Assembly (NCBI GenBank): GCA_030649345.1
Contig: JAUSKK010000002.1
Span: forward strand, 6,189-38,188
Direction: 5' to 3'
From: Candidatus Iainarchaeum sp.
GTDB lineage: Archaea > Iainarchaeota > Iainarchaeia > Iainarchaeales > 0-14-0-20-34-12
Length of the DNA: 32,000 nt
Shown piece after piece: positions 17,127 to 26,335 of this stretch. The position numbers were made by a program, and so were the translations under genes. The notes under the pieces are model-generated. The model made no database searches. It saw nothing but the letters and a program-made list of their open reading frames with translations, and was not told the origin of the DNA. How positions within the stretch are numbered: position 1 is the stretch's first letter; every line of letters starts with the position of its first letter.

Positions 17127-17597
17127 TTAACAGACTGCTTGGTTGTTTTTCTGCAAATATTTTTGATGATATTCTTCTGCTGGAAAAAATTCCTTGAATT
17201 CAACAATTTCAGTTACAATAGGTTTTGAAAATTTTTTTGACTGTGCAAGTTTTTGCTTAGATTGTTCAGCCAATTGTTTTTGTTCCAAAGAATGATAAAA
17301 AATCACAGAACGATACTGAGAACCAATATCTGGGCCTTGCCGATTCATTTGAGTGGGATCATGGATATGCCAAAAAAGGTCTAAAAGTTTAGAGTACGAA
17401 ATTTTTTCAGAATCAAATACTATTTGCACAGATTCAGCATATCCAGTAGTTCCAAAGCACACCTGTTCATAGGATGGATTTACACCATGACCGCCGCAGT
17501 AACCAACAGTAGTTGAAATCACGCCCGGCAATTCATCGAAAGCTGATTGAATTCCCCAAAAACAGCCAGCAGCCAATGTAGCTTTTTGAATCGACAT
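17127..17597 (-). CDS. msrA: Peptide methionine (S)-sulfoxide reductase
   Basis: ATLAAGCFWG active-site motif, GYCGG, HDPTQ.NRQG.D.G.QYRS. Confidence 0.9.
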   Translation of the reverse strand: MSIQKATLAAGCFWGIQSAFDELPGVISTTVGYCGGHGVNPSYEQVCFGTTGYAESVQIVFDSEKISYSKLLDLFWHIHDPTQMNRQGPDIGSQYRSVIFYHSLEQKQLAEQSKQKLAQSKKFSKPIVTEIVEFKEFFPAEEYHQKYLQKNNQAVC

Positions 17598-17606
17598 AAA
17601 ATTTAA

Positions 17607-18269
17607 TTACAAAAATCCAACTAAAGAAAATACTCCATAGCCAATGCTTAACACTGCAGCAATGGCTGTAATTCCTGTTTGAATTTTTTCTGAATGAATT
17701 TTTAACAAAGGCAAAGTCAAAATTATTGAAAATACAATCATGCCCAAAACAACACCTAAGCTAAACAAAAAGGTCCCCAGCAAAACACTTGCTAGAGACG
17801 TTAAAGTCAAAGTTACAGTCAGCAATAAAAGCAATTCATCATTGCTGGCTAAACCATGAATAATTCCAATCCAAAACATGTGCTGGTGTGCATGCTTAGA
17901 ATCATCATCAAAAAAATGCAAGTGCGGATGAGAATGGCTTACAACTGAAGAATGGTCATGTTTATGAGCATGAGAATTTCTGTTTACATACAAGGCAAGC
18001 AAAGAAAATAAACCCAAAGCAATTAACATAAAGCTTACCAGCAATTCAAAGTAAGACAAAATAAAGGAAAAAAACGTTTCTTTAAAAAAAAACAAAACAA
18101 TCGTAATAGTTCCAGCAGTTAACATATGACCTAAAGCCCAAGACAAGCTTAGCTTAACTGCACTAACCAAAGATTTTGCTCTGGGCAAAAAATTGGAAAC
18201 CGCCAGCAAATGGTCCGCGTCGTAACTATGTTTGAAACCTAAAGCAAAGGCAAACAAAAAAGGGAACAT
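17607..18269 (-). CDS. Ni/Co-transporter-like membrane protein with a histidine-rich loop
   Basis: HSYDADH (a NiCoT/UreH-like H..DADH signature) in TM1, about 6 TM segments, and a central loop NRNSHAHKHDHSSVVSHSHPHLHFFDDDSKHAHQH. Confidence 0.55.
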   Translation of the reverse strand: MFPFLFAFALGFKHSYDADHLLAVSNFLPRAKSLVSAVKLSLSWALGHMLTAGTITIVLFFFKETFFSFILSYFELLVSFMLIALGLFSLLALYVNRNSHAHKHDHSSVVSHSHPHLHFFDDDSKHAHQHMFWIGIIHGLASNDELLLLLTVTLTLTSLASVLLGTFLFSLGVVLGMIVFSIILTLPLLKIHSEKIQTGITAIAAVLSIGYGVFSLVGFL

Positions 18270-18359
18270 ATCAATCTAGGAACTACTTTAACACAATATT
18301 TAAATAAAGTGGCATTACTAATAATAATTTACTATTAAACGAATGTGTGAGTTAAACAA

Positions 18360-19787
18360 ATGGGGAAGAAAAAACGAATTTCAAGCAAATACCTAAAGCC
18401 TCGCTGGAATTATTTATACCAAGACAACAAAGGAATGTTGTACGTAGAAGGAGTTTCAGTAGATGATATTGCCGAAAAATATGGAACACCGGTTTACTTA
18501 TTAATGGAAGGAGAACTTCGAGAAAGAATGCGAAGAATTCAACGAGCATTTCCTTACCCTAAACTACGAATTCAGTATGCTGGAAAAAATAATTCTAATT
18601 TAGAAATCATTCGAATGGCCAGAGAAGAAGGCCTGGAATTTGATGCCAGCAGTGTAGGAGAAATTATTTTAGGTTTAGTCGCAGACTTTGAACCCAAACA
18701 AATTACATTTACCAATTTATACAAAACCGAAGAAGACATTGCTTTTGCTGCAGAAATTGGAGTCCAAGCCATTACCGCAGACTCCATGGAAGAATTGGAA
18801 CGCATGGCTCATGTTGGACAAAGACTGAAAACCAAAATTAAAACATTTATTCGAATCAATCCCTTAATTGAATTGGGAAAAAACTATTCAACCAAAAAAC
18901 AACAATACGGAATTCCGTTGCCCAGTGCAACCAAAGCCATAGACTTTGCCATCAAAAGCAAATACATTGACTTGGTTGGATTGCATTTCCACGGAGGATA
19001 CATTAACAGTCCAAAAGTATATGAAATTGCAGCTGCAAAATTACTCAAACTCATGCGGTATGCATTGGACAAAGGATGCAAAATCAAATACATTGACTTA
19101 GGCGGAGGATTCCCAGTAGACTTTGGAGACAAAACAGCCAGCTTTATTCCAGAAGACATGGGAGAAACTTTTGTTCGAGAATTCAACAAACTATTGGCCC
19201 AATATAAATTACCCCAGCCTACTTTAATTTTTGAACCTGGAAAATTCATTACAGCCAATTCCGGAATGGGATTAATGAAAGTCATCAGCACCAAACAAAT
19301 TGGAAGAGAAAGCGCAGTCATTATGGATAGTTCAACTTATTGTTTTATTCCAGACATTTTAATTGACAAAGTACGATACAATTTTTTGCCAGCCAACAAA
19401 ATGAACAAACCTAAAATTAAAAAATACAAAATTTACGGATGCACCTGCGATTGCCGAGATTTAATGGATCAAGGAGAACCTTTGCCTAAATTAGAAGCAG
19501 GAGATTTAATTGCAGTCATGGACACCGGATGCTACAGCAATGTTCTTGCCAGCAATTTCAATACACTCAAACGAGCACCCATGGTCTTGGTTTCAGAAAA
19601 TGGAACCACCAAACTCATTCGAAGAAGAGACCAATACTCAGACATGTTTGCACCCGAATTAGATGTAGTCAAAGTAGCTGAACCCAGCGAACTCAAAAAA
19701 TATTATGCATTAACCAGAAGCAGTATCAAAAAGTTATGGGAAGGAAGCAACGGCAAATCCAAACCCAAAAAAGGATACTTGCGCTAA
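18360..19787 (+). CDS. PLP-dependent Orn/DAP/Arg decarboxylase (fold type III); arginine decarboxylase suggested by context
   Basis: YGTPVYLL, PLP-lysine motif YAGKNNSN, DLGGGFPV, EPGKFI, YGCTCDCRD. Followed by aguB and aguA. Confidence 0.75.
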   Translation: MGKKKRISSKYLKPRWNYLYQDNKGMLYVEGVSVDDIAEKYGTPVYLLMEGELRERMRRIQRAFPYPKLRIQYAGKNNSNLEIIRMAREEGLEFDASSVGEIILGLVADFEPKQITFTNLYKTEEDIAFAAEIGVQAITADSMEELERMAHVGQRLKTKIKTFIRINPLIELGKNYSTKKQQYGIPLPSATKAIDFAIKSKYIDLVGLHFHGGYINSPKVYEIAAAKLLKLMRYALDKGCKIKYIDLGGGFPVDFGDKTASFIPEDMGETFVREFNKLLAQYKLPQPTLIFEPGKFITANSGMGLMKVISTKQIGRESAVIMDSSTYCFIPDILIDKVRYNFLPANKMNKPKIKKYKIYGCTCDCRDLMDQGEPLPKLEAGDLIAVMDTGCYSNVLASNFNTLKRAPMVLVSENGTTKLIRRRDQYSDMFAPELDVVKVAEPSELKKYYALTRSSIKKLWEGSNGKSKPKKGYLR

Positions 19788-19803
19788 GTAAAATACGATT
19801 TCT

Positions 19804-20670
19804 ATGAAATTTGGAAAACAAGTAACTCTAGGGTTAATCCAAATGAGTATGGCAGAAAACCCTGAAACAAATCTTGAAAAGGCAATTCAAAAAATAAACC
19901 AAGCAGCACAAAAAGGAGCCCAAATTATTTGCTTGCCAGAACTGTTTAATACACTTTATTTTCCGCAAGTTCCTAAAAACAAAAAATTCTTTCAATACGC
20001 TGAAAAAATTCCAGGAAAAACAACTAAAAGTTTAGGAAAGATCGCAAAAGAAAACAAAATAGTATTAATTGCTGGTTCAATCTTCGAAAAAGCAGGAAAC
20101 AAATACTACAACACAACTGTTGTGTTTAATGAAAAAGGAAAACTTTTAGGAAAATACAGAAAAACACACATTCCGCATGATCCCAATTTTTTTGAACAAC
20201 ACTATTTTGAACCAGGGAATACCGGATACCGGGTATTCAAAACCAAATACGGAAACATTGGAACACTCATTTGCTACGATCAATGGTTTCCAGAAGCAGC
20301 CAGAATTAATGCCTTAATGGGCGCAGATATTGTATTTTATCCTACTGCCATTGGCACCAATAAACACTTGCATCAAACTGAAGGAAACTGGCAGCAAGCC
20401 TGGGAAAACGTACAACGAGGACACGCCATTGCCAATGGAATAATTGTATGCGCAGTGAATAGAGTTGGAATAGAAAATAATTCCAAATTTTGGGGCGGGA
20501 GTTTTGTCTGCAATGGATTTGGAAAAACCATTAAGCGGGCAGGAAAAAAAGAAGAAGTCCTAATTGCTCAAGTTGATTTGGGGCATGGAAAATATGTCAA
20601 AGAAGGCTGGAGATTTTTCTACAATAGAAAACCAGAAACCTACAAGAAATTAATTGAAACCAAAAAGTGA
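19804..20670 (+). CDS. aguB: N-carbamoylputrescine amidase (nitrilase/CN-hydrolase superfamily)
   Basis: Glu-Lys-Cys triad context: CLPELF, YRKTHIP, LICYDQWFPE. About 290 aa. Confidence 0.8.
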   Translation: MKFGKQVTLGLIQMSMAENPETNLEKAIQKINQAAQKGAQIICLPELFNTLYFPQVPKNKKFFQYAEKIPGKTTKSLGKIAKENKIVLIAGSIFEKAGNKYYNTTVVFNEKGKLLGKYRKTHIPHDPNFFEQHYFEPGNTGYRVFKTKYGNIGTLICYDQWFPEAARINALMGADIVFYPTAIGTNKHLHQTEGNWQQAWENVQRGHAIANGIIVCAVNRVGIENNSKFWGGSFVCNGFGKTIKRAGKKEEVLIAQVDLGHGKYVKEGWRFFYNRKPETYKKLIETKK

Positions 20671-21719
20671 AAAAAATGAAAACACCCCAACAAGAAAACT
20701 TTCATATGCCAGCTGAATGGAACAAACACGAAGCTACTTGGTTAAGCTGGCCAAAAGACCCAGATACTTTTTCTGAAACCATTATTCAAAGCGTAGAAAA
20801 TATTTACTCAATCATGATTTCTGAACTTAGTCAAGGAGAAATTGTAAATGTTTTGGCTGAAAATTCTGAAATGAAAGAAAAAATTGAAAAATTAATTAAA
20901 GAAAAAAAAGCAAAAATGAAAAATGTAAAAGTTCATTTAATTAAAAGCATTGATGTATGGGCTAGAGATTATGGGCCGACCTTTTTATTGAATAAAAAAA
21001 CAAACCAATTAGGCTGCACAAAATGGATTTTTAATGCTTGGGGAAACAAATACAAAGAATTGCTAATGGACAATCAAACCGGAGAACGAATTGCACAAAT
21101 TTCAAAAGCACAAACATTCAAGCCCGAAATAGTCATGGAAGGCGGATCCATTGAAGTCAATGGCACAGGCACAGTTTTAGTTACAGAACAATGCCAGTTA
21201 AACAAAAACAGAAATCCTAAACTGAAAAAACAAGAAATTGAAAATTATTTAAAAGAATACTTACATGTTTCAAATATTGTTTGGCTCAAAGAAGGAATTG
21301 AAGGAGACGACACCGACGGCCATATCGATGATATTGCACGATTTGTGAATGAAAATACCATTGTTTATTGCATGGAAGAAAATAGGAAAGATAAAAATTT
21401 TGAAATACTTAAAGAAAATCAAAAAATTTTAGAAAAAGCAGTTAACGAAAAAGGCCAAAAATTCAAACTCATTCCTTTGCCGATGCCAAAGGCCATGTGG
21501 ATTCCAGGAAGAAGATTGGCAGCCAGTTATGCTAACTTTTACATTGCCAATGCCAGCGTTTTGGTTCCAATATACGATAAAAGCAAAGATTCGGAAGTTT
21601 TAAAATTATTTAAAAAATTATTTCCAAAAAAGAAAATTGTCGGAATTAACTGCACAGACCTAGTATACGGATATGGAAGCATTCATTGTGTTACGCAGCA
21701 ACAACCTGCAATAAAATAG
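20667..21719 (+). CDS. aguA: Agmatine deiminase
   Basis: MPAEW..H..TW, WARDYGP, EGGSIEVNGTGT, NRNP, DGHIDD, C-terminal GSIHCVTQQQP (catalytic Cys). Overlaps aguB by 4 nt. Confidence 0.85.
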   Translation: MKKMKTPQQENFHMPAEWNKHEATWLSWPKDPDTFSETIIQSVENIYSIMISELSQGEIVNVLAENSEMKEKIEKLIKEKKAKMKNVKVHLIKSIDVWARDYGPTFLLNKKTNQLGCTKWIFNAWGNKYKELLMDNQTGERIAQISKAQTFKPEIVMEGGSIEVNGTGTVLVTEQCQLNKNRNPKLKKQEIENYLKEYLHVSNIVWLKEGIEGDDTDGHIDDIARFVNENTIVYCMEENRKDKNFEILKENQKILEKAVNEKGQKFKLIPLPMPKAMWIPGRRLAASYANFYIANASVLVPIYDKSKDSEVLKLFKKLFPKKKIVGINCTDLVYGYGSIHCVTQQQPAIK

Positions 21720-21772
21720 TTTTTTATATAAGAAAAATAATAATTTAATACACAATAAACAGGAGTGAAACT

Positions 21773-22744
21773 ATGACTGGAACAATAACTTCGTTCATGA
21801 AAAAACATTATTTGCATTTTAATTCAGCTACAGTAATTGATGCAGCTGAAGCCTACAAAAAACATATTAACTCAGGAAAAAAAATGATGGTTACTTTAGC
21901 TGGAGCCATGAGCACAGCCGAACTTGGAAAATCTTTGGCTGAAATGATTCGAAAAAACAAAGTACACGCCATTACTTGCACTGGAGCTAATTTAGAAGAA
22001 GATGTTTACAACTTGGTTGCGCACAATCATTACAAACGAGTGCCCAATTATAGAAATTTATCCAATGAAGAAGAAGAAGCCTTAGCCAAAAAAGGATTAA
22101 ACAGAGTTACAGATACTTGCATTCCAGAAGATACAGCCATTCGAAAAATCGAAAAACATTTATTAAAATTATGGAAAGAACACGATCAAAAAAATGATCC
22201 CTGGTTACCGCATCAATACTTTTACGAACTATTATTATCCGGAGTTTTAGAAAAAGAATACCAAATTGACCCCAAAGACAGCTGGTTAATGGAAGCAGCC
22301 AAGAAAAATTTACCTATGTTTGTCCCAGGCTGGGAAGATTCAACCAATGGAAATATTTTTGTATCCCATTATGTTAAAGGAGATATTCAAAATTTGAATA
22401 CAGTCAAAGGCGGACTTCATTACATGAATGAATTAATTCACTGGTATACAAAAACTTCTAAAAAAACATCTATTGGATTTTTTCAAATCGGTGGAGGAAT
22501 TGCCGGAGACTTCCCTATCTGTGTCGTGCCTTTGTTAATGCAAGACATGAAACAAAAAGTTCCATTCTGGAGTTATTTTTGTCAAATCAGTGATTCAACC
22601 ACCAGCTATGGATCGTATTCTGGAGCAGTACCCAATGAAAAAATTACTTGGGGAAAACTAACCAAGACAACACCCAGATTTGTCATTGAATCAGATGCAA
22701 CCATTGTAGCACCATTAATTTTTGCCTACGTACTAAACTGGTAA
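21773..22744 (+). CDS. dys: Deoxyhypusine synthase
   Basis: Size and motifs fit DHS: LAGAMSTAE, TCTGANLEED, GGGIAGDFP, ITWGKL (catalytic Lys context), ESDATIVAPL. Confidence 0.8.
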   Translation: MTGTITSFMKKHYLHFNSATVIDAAEAYKKHINSGKKMMVTLAGAMSTAELGKSLAEMIRKNKVHAITCTGANLEEDVYNLVAHNHYKRVPNYRNLSNEEEEALAKKGLNRVTDTCIPEDTAIRKIEKHLLKLWKEHDQKNDPWLPHQYFYELLLSGVLEKEYQIDPKDSWLMEAAKKNLPMFVPGWEDSTNGNIFVSHYVKGDIQNLNTVKGGLHYMNELIHWYTKTSKKTSIGFFQIGGGIAGDFPICVVPLLMQDMKQKVPFWSYFCQISDSTTSYGSYSGAVPNEKITWGKLTKTTPRFVIESDATIVAPLIFAYVLNW

Positions 22745-22753
22745 GGTAAAAAT

Positions 22754-23443
22754 ATGCCAAAACCTACACGAAGATGGTTAAGACAAGTTGCCAGACAAGG
22801 CGCATTTGCACATCCATGGACTGTTCCATTAAAGCCAGATTTTGTTCGAAAAAAACCAAGGGCAACTACAGCAGGACAACCAGTAACTAAAGCAAAGCCT
22901 GCTGATAAAGCAAAAGAAACAGTCAAATTAAGACCAACACCTAAAAGAAAAACAGCTCAAACAAAAATAAAACCAATTAAAGTTGCAAGCATCGTATTTT
23001 CTTCTTCTGGAAAAAGAAATCCTGCATTTGAAAAAGAACTTCAAAGAAAACTAATTTCAGCATTCAGAAAATTTCAAGAAAAACATCCGCATGTAAAAGC
23101 AGTAATCTTTCCTTGCCAAATATGGCGCGATTATAGTTCAAGTTGGAACAGCAGAGCCATGGACAGTATTGGCTGGAGCTTGCAAACAGGATTTGTAACA
23201 GACCAACGATTAACCAGACAACAAGAAGCTGATTTACAACTTGACTTTGCGCGAGAATTTCGAAATGGAGCAAGTTCATTTGCAGACATTATCCCAGTAA
23301 ACCAATTTGAAAGATATTTAAAAGATAAAAAAAGAAGCTGGGATGGATATTTAAAAGATCAACAACAAACTGGATTAAAGGCAGCCATGCTTTTTGCTGG
23401 AGACATTGATGTGCAAAAAATTAAAACAACATTTAAAAAATAA
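22754..23443 (+). CDS. Hypothetical protein with a basic, disordered N-terminal ~80 aa; function unknown
   Basis: Starts 9 nt after the DHS stop. N-terminus is rich in K/R/P/T. I recognise no motif in the C-terminal ~150 aa. Confidence 0.55.
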   Translation: MPKPTRRWLRQVARQGAFAHPWTVPLKPDFVRKKPRATTAGQPVTKAKPADKAKETVKLRPTPKRKTAQTKIKPIKVASIVFSSSGKRNPAFEKELQRKLISAFRKFQEKHPHVKAVIFPCQIWRDYSSSWNSRAMDSIGWSLQTGFVTDQRLTRQQEADLQLDFAREFRNGASSFADIIPVNQFERYLKDKKRSWDGYLKDQQQTGLKAAMLFAGDIDVQKIKTTFKK

Positions 23444-23485
23444 AATAACTTCTAAAAAAAATTAATTAAAAAAAAGAAATAAAAA

Positions 23486-23505
23486 AGATGGAATAACATC
23501 CATCT
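23486..23505. terminator. Hairpin between convergent genes, flanked by an A-run and a T-run (bidirectional terminator candidate)
   Basis: AGATGGA-ATAACA-TCCATCT (7-bp stem), preceded by AAAAAA and followed by CTTGTTTTATTT. Confidence 0.4.
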
Positions 23506-23515
23506 CTTGTTTTAT

Positions 23516-23950
23516 TTATTGCACAATTACTTTTCCATATTTCCCAAGAACAGTATGATCATGGTAATTCCATGAACCTTGTTCAGTGAAAGTAAAAGAC
23601 CAAGATTCTCCTTGAGCTAAATCTTTACAAACATCAAAGATTCCAGCTTGTTCTTCAGTTCCGCATTTTTCAATACCAGAACCAGGGTAAGCTGTGTGTG
23701 TTGGATGCATGGCACTGGCAGGCCAATGACCTACAGAATCAGTATTGCTCCAAGTAACAGTTCCGCCTACAGGAATAGTAACTTCGTTGGGCTCAAATCC
23801 AGCAGAAGTAATAGTTACAGTCACAGACTCAGACAAAGAATCAGTTCCAGATTCTGTTGCAGCAGTACTTGAAGCAGGAGTTCCAGCTTGAGTACAACCC
23901 ACAATCAAAAAAAGTACAGAAAACAACACTAAAACACTCATTAACTTCAT
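23516..23950 (-). CDS. Cupredoxin-like secreted lipoprotein
   Basis: Lipobox LIVGC and a Ser/Thr linker. Beta-sandwich pattern FEPNEVTIPVGGTVTWSNTDSVGHW...GESWSFTF.EQGSWNYHDH...GKVIVQ. The canonical type-1 Cu Cys-His-Met ligand spacing is not obvious. Confidence 0.5.
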   Translation of the reverse strand: MKLMSVLVLFSVLFLIVGCTQAGTPASSTAATESGTDSLSESVTVTITSAGFEPNEVTIPVGGTVTWSNTDSVGHWPASAMHPTHTAYPGSGIEKCGTEEQAGIFDVCKDLAQGESWSFTFTEQGSWNYHDHTVLGKYGKVIVQ

Positions 23951-24058
23951 TTAATTACCTCCAAAAAAAACTAAATATACTACATAGTTGAGTATGTATA
24001 TTTAAGAATTATGTTCTCAAATCATTAATTTAAACGAATTTTAAGCATTGGTGAAAAA

Positions 24059-24424
24059 TTGAACAAAGAAATGCATACCACTCATTCTTCTACTAATGAA
24101 GAATCTGAACAAACACTTTTAAAAATCAAAGAAACAGAACTGGAAGCTGAAAAACGAATACAAACAGCCCAAAAAGAAGCTCAAGAAATTGTCGAAAAAG
24201 CCAAAAAAGAAAGCTTTCAAATAATTGAAAATTCTAAAAAAGAAATTGAACAAGAACGCCAACAAATTATTCAAACAGCCAAAAAAGAATTGGAAAAAGA
24301 AAAAAAAGAACAAGAAAAAAAAACAGAAGCACTCGTTCAAAAAATGAAAACAAACTCCCAAGCCAAAAAAACACAACTTGCTGAAAAAATACACCAAAGG
24401 TTTGTAGAGGAACTTCAATGCTAA
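24059..24424 (+). CDS. atpH: A-type ATP synthase subunit H
   Basis: Small, charged coiled-coil protein in first position of the operon. The track start is TTG 4-5 nt after GGTGA; an ATG at 24071 is the alternative. Confidence 0.7.
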   Translation: MNKEMHTTHSSTNEESEQTLLKIKETELEAEKRIQTAQKEAQEIVEKAKKESFQIIENSKKEIEQERQQIIQTAKKELEKEKKEQEKKTEALVQKMKTNSQAKKTQLAEKIHQRFVEELQC

Positions 24425-26193
24425 AAGCAGTCGAAATGCAAAAAGTTCGGGTCACAGGCCCTAAACTATTTTTACGCGAAGTCATTCAAGCACTGCACAC
24501 AGCTAAACTCATGCACTTAATCAGCTATGAAAAAAAAGATCAAGACTATTTCAATATCGGAAGTCCTTTTTCTGAAGCAACCGATTATTCCAATGCAGTA
24601 ATTGAAACACGATCTTTAATTGATTTTTTTAAAATCAAAGGAACTGGAAAAACAATCAACATCGAAAATGCTGCTGGAAAAATCCATACACTTCATAAAG
24701 AATTTCAAAATACATTAAAAATTCAAAAAGAAATTAAAGACACAATCAAAGAACTGGAAGGAAAAAATACCAACCAATTTTTTGAAACAGAAATTAATCA
24801 AAAAATTATTACACAATACAAAAACTTAGATATTTTTTTGGGAACCATTCAAAAACCTTTGGATAAAAAACAAATTGAAAAAAGTACTGCAAAATTCGAA
24901 TTGATTGAAAAAACAATCGACAAAAAAAATTGGATTGCTTTATTTGCTGACAAAAAAAGCAAAGAAAATATTCAAACACTTTTAAGAGAACATGGATTTA
25001 GCGAAGTAAAATACGTACACATTGATTTCAAACAAATTGAAAAAGAGTTAAATACAGCCAAAAAACAACTCGAAGAAACAGAACATACACTGAAACAAAT
25101 CGAAAACGAAAAACAATGGCTTTTAGATATTGAATACACCTTAAGCCAAGAAATTGAAAAAGCAGAAGTGCCTTTGCATTTTGCAACATCCAAAAACTCA
25201 TTTATTATTCACGGATGGATTCCAGCCAAACAATTAACTGAATTTAAGAAAAAATTAAATACAAAAACTATGGAAAAAATTTATTTTGAAGAATTTAAAG
25301 ACACCGAAAATGCGCCAGTGCAACTAAACAATCCTAAAGCCATCAGCCCATTTGAATTTTTTTTAAACTTATATACTTTACCCAAATATTATGAACTAGA
25401 TCCCAGCGCATTAATGGCATTTACATTTCCATTCTTTTTCGGATTCATGCTAGGCGATGTAGGCTATGGAGTCATTGCATTGATTCTGTTTCAAATTGTA
25501 AAACGAAAATTCAAAGACTTACAAGTTCAAGCCATTGCCAATATTTTAACCTTAGCCAGTATTGCCAGCATTATTTTTGGATTTGTATTCGGAGAAGTAT
25601 TTGGAGAAGAATTCATTGAACACCCTTTACTGAACCGAGTGCATGACATTAACACCATGCTTTTGGTCACAATAGCAGTTGGAATTATTCACTTGAATTT
25701 AGGATTTATTTTAGGATTCTACAACAAACTCAAACACCATGGATTCAAACACGCTTTGCTTGAAAAAGGAAGCTGGATTATAATCGAAATTGGAATTGCA
25801 ACAGCTCTTTTAGCAAACCAAACAGTCGGAGCAATCATAGCAGTCATTGGATTAATTATGTTATACAAAGGAGAAGGATTCAGAGGAATGATTGAGTTGC
25901 CAGCCTTGCTTAGCAATATTTTATCCTATGCACGATTATTCGCCATAGGCCTAGCTTCAGTTCAATTGGCCTTAATTGTAAACATGCTGGCAGGACAAGC
26001 TCTTGGCTTAGGAATTATAGGATACGTTTTAGCGGCATTTGTAATACTCATCGGCCATGGACTTAATTTATTCCTAGGCTTATTGGGGCCATTCATTCAA
26101 TCTTTGCGATTGCATTATGTTGAATGGTTTTCAAAATTCTTCGAAGGCGGAGGAGAACCCTACAAGCCTTTTGGAATCAAAGAAAAAGCATAA
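24418..26193 (+). CDS. atpI: A-type ATP synthase subunit I (stator a-subunit)
   Basis: N-terminal soluble coiled-coil half, C-terminal multi-TM half with the essential-Arg motif LSYARLFAIGLAS. Confidence 0.9.
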   Translation: MLKAVEMQKVRVTGPKLFLREVIQALHTAKLMHLISYEKKDQDYFNIGSPFSEATDYSNAVIETRSLIDFFKIKGTGKTINIENAAGKIHTLHKEFQNTLKIQKEIKDTIKELEGKNTNQFFETEINQKIITQYKNLDIFLGTIQKPLDKKQIEKSTAKFELIEKTIDKKNWIALFADKKSKENIQTLLREHGFSEVKYVHIDFKQIEKELNTAKKQLEETEHTLKQIENEKQWLLDIEYTLSQEIEKAEVPLHFATSKNSFIIHGWIPAKQLTEFKKKLNTKTMEKIYFEEFKDTENAPVQLNNPKAISPFEFFLNLYTLPKYYELDPSALMAFTFPFFFGFMLGDVGYGVIALILFQIVKRKFKDLQVQAIANILTLASIASIIFGFVFGEVFGEEFIEHPLLNRVHDINTMLLVTIAVGIIHLNLGFILGFYNKLKHHGFKHALLEKGSWIIIEIGIATALLANQTVGAIIAVIGLIMLYKGEGFRGMIELPALLSNILSYARLFAIGLASVQLALIVNMLAGQALGLGIIGYVLAAFVILIGHGLNLFLGLLGPFIQSLRLHYVEWFSKFFEGGGEPYKPFGIKEKA

Positions 26194-26226
26194 CAAGATT
26201 TAAAAAAATTTCAATACACACGTATA

Positions 26227-26305
26227 ATAGTAATATACACTATTACTATATTTAACAAAAATAAAACAAAGTGATAAAAAAATGGTTTCAAAATCAAGGA
26301 TTTTG
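26227..26305. repeat. Hairpin cluster in the atpI-atpK spacer (degenerate relative of the four-hairpin element)
   Basis: ATAGTAATA-TACAC-TATTACTAT (26227-26249, 9 bp). CAAAATC-AAG-GATTTTG (26289-26305), whose core AAAATCAAGGATTTT differs at 1 of 15 positions from AAAATCAAAGATTTT in copy A. Confidence 0.35.
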
Positions 26306-26335
26306 GCATAATTGTCAAAAGCTTAATAGATTTTG

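Noticed and set aside
23951-24058. Imperfect palindrome ATATAC...GTATAT upstream of atpH as another copy of the hairpin element
   Set aside because: The stem is only 6 bp with a 15-nt loop in very A/T-rich promoter DNA, and it has none of the element's conserved motifs.
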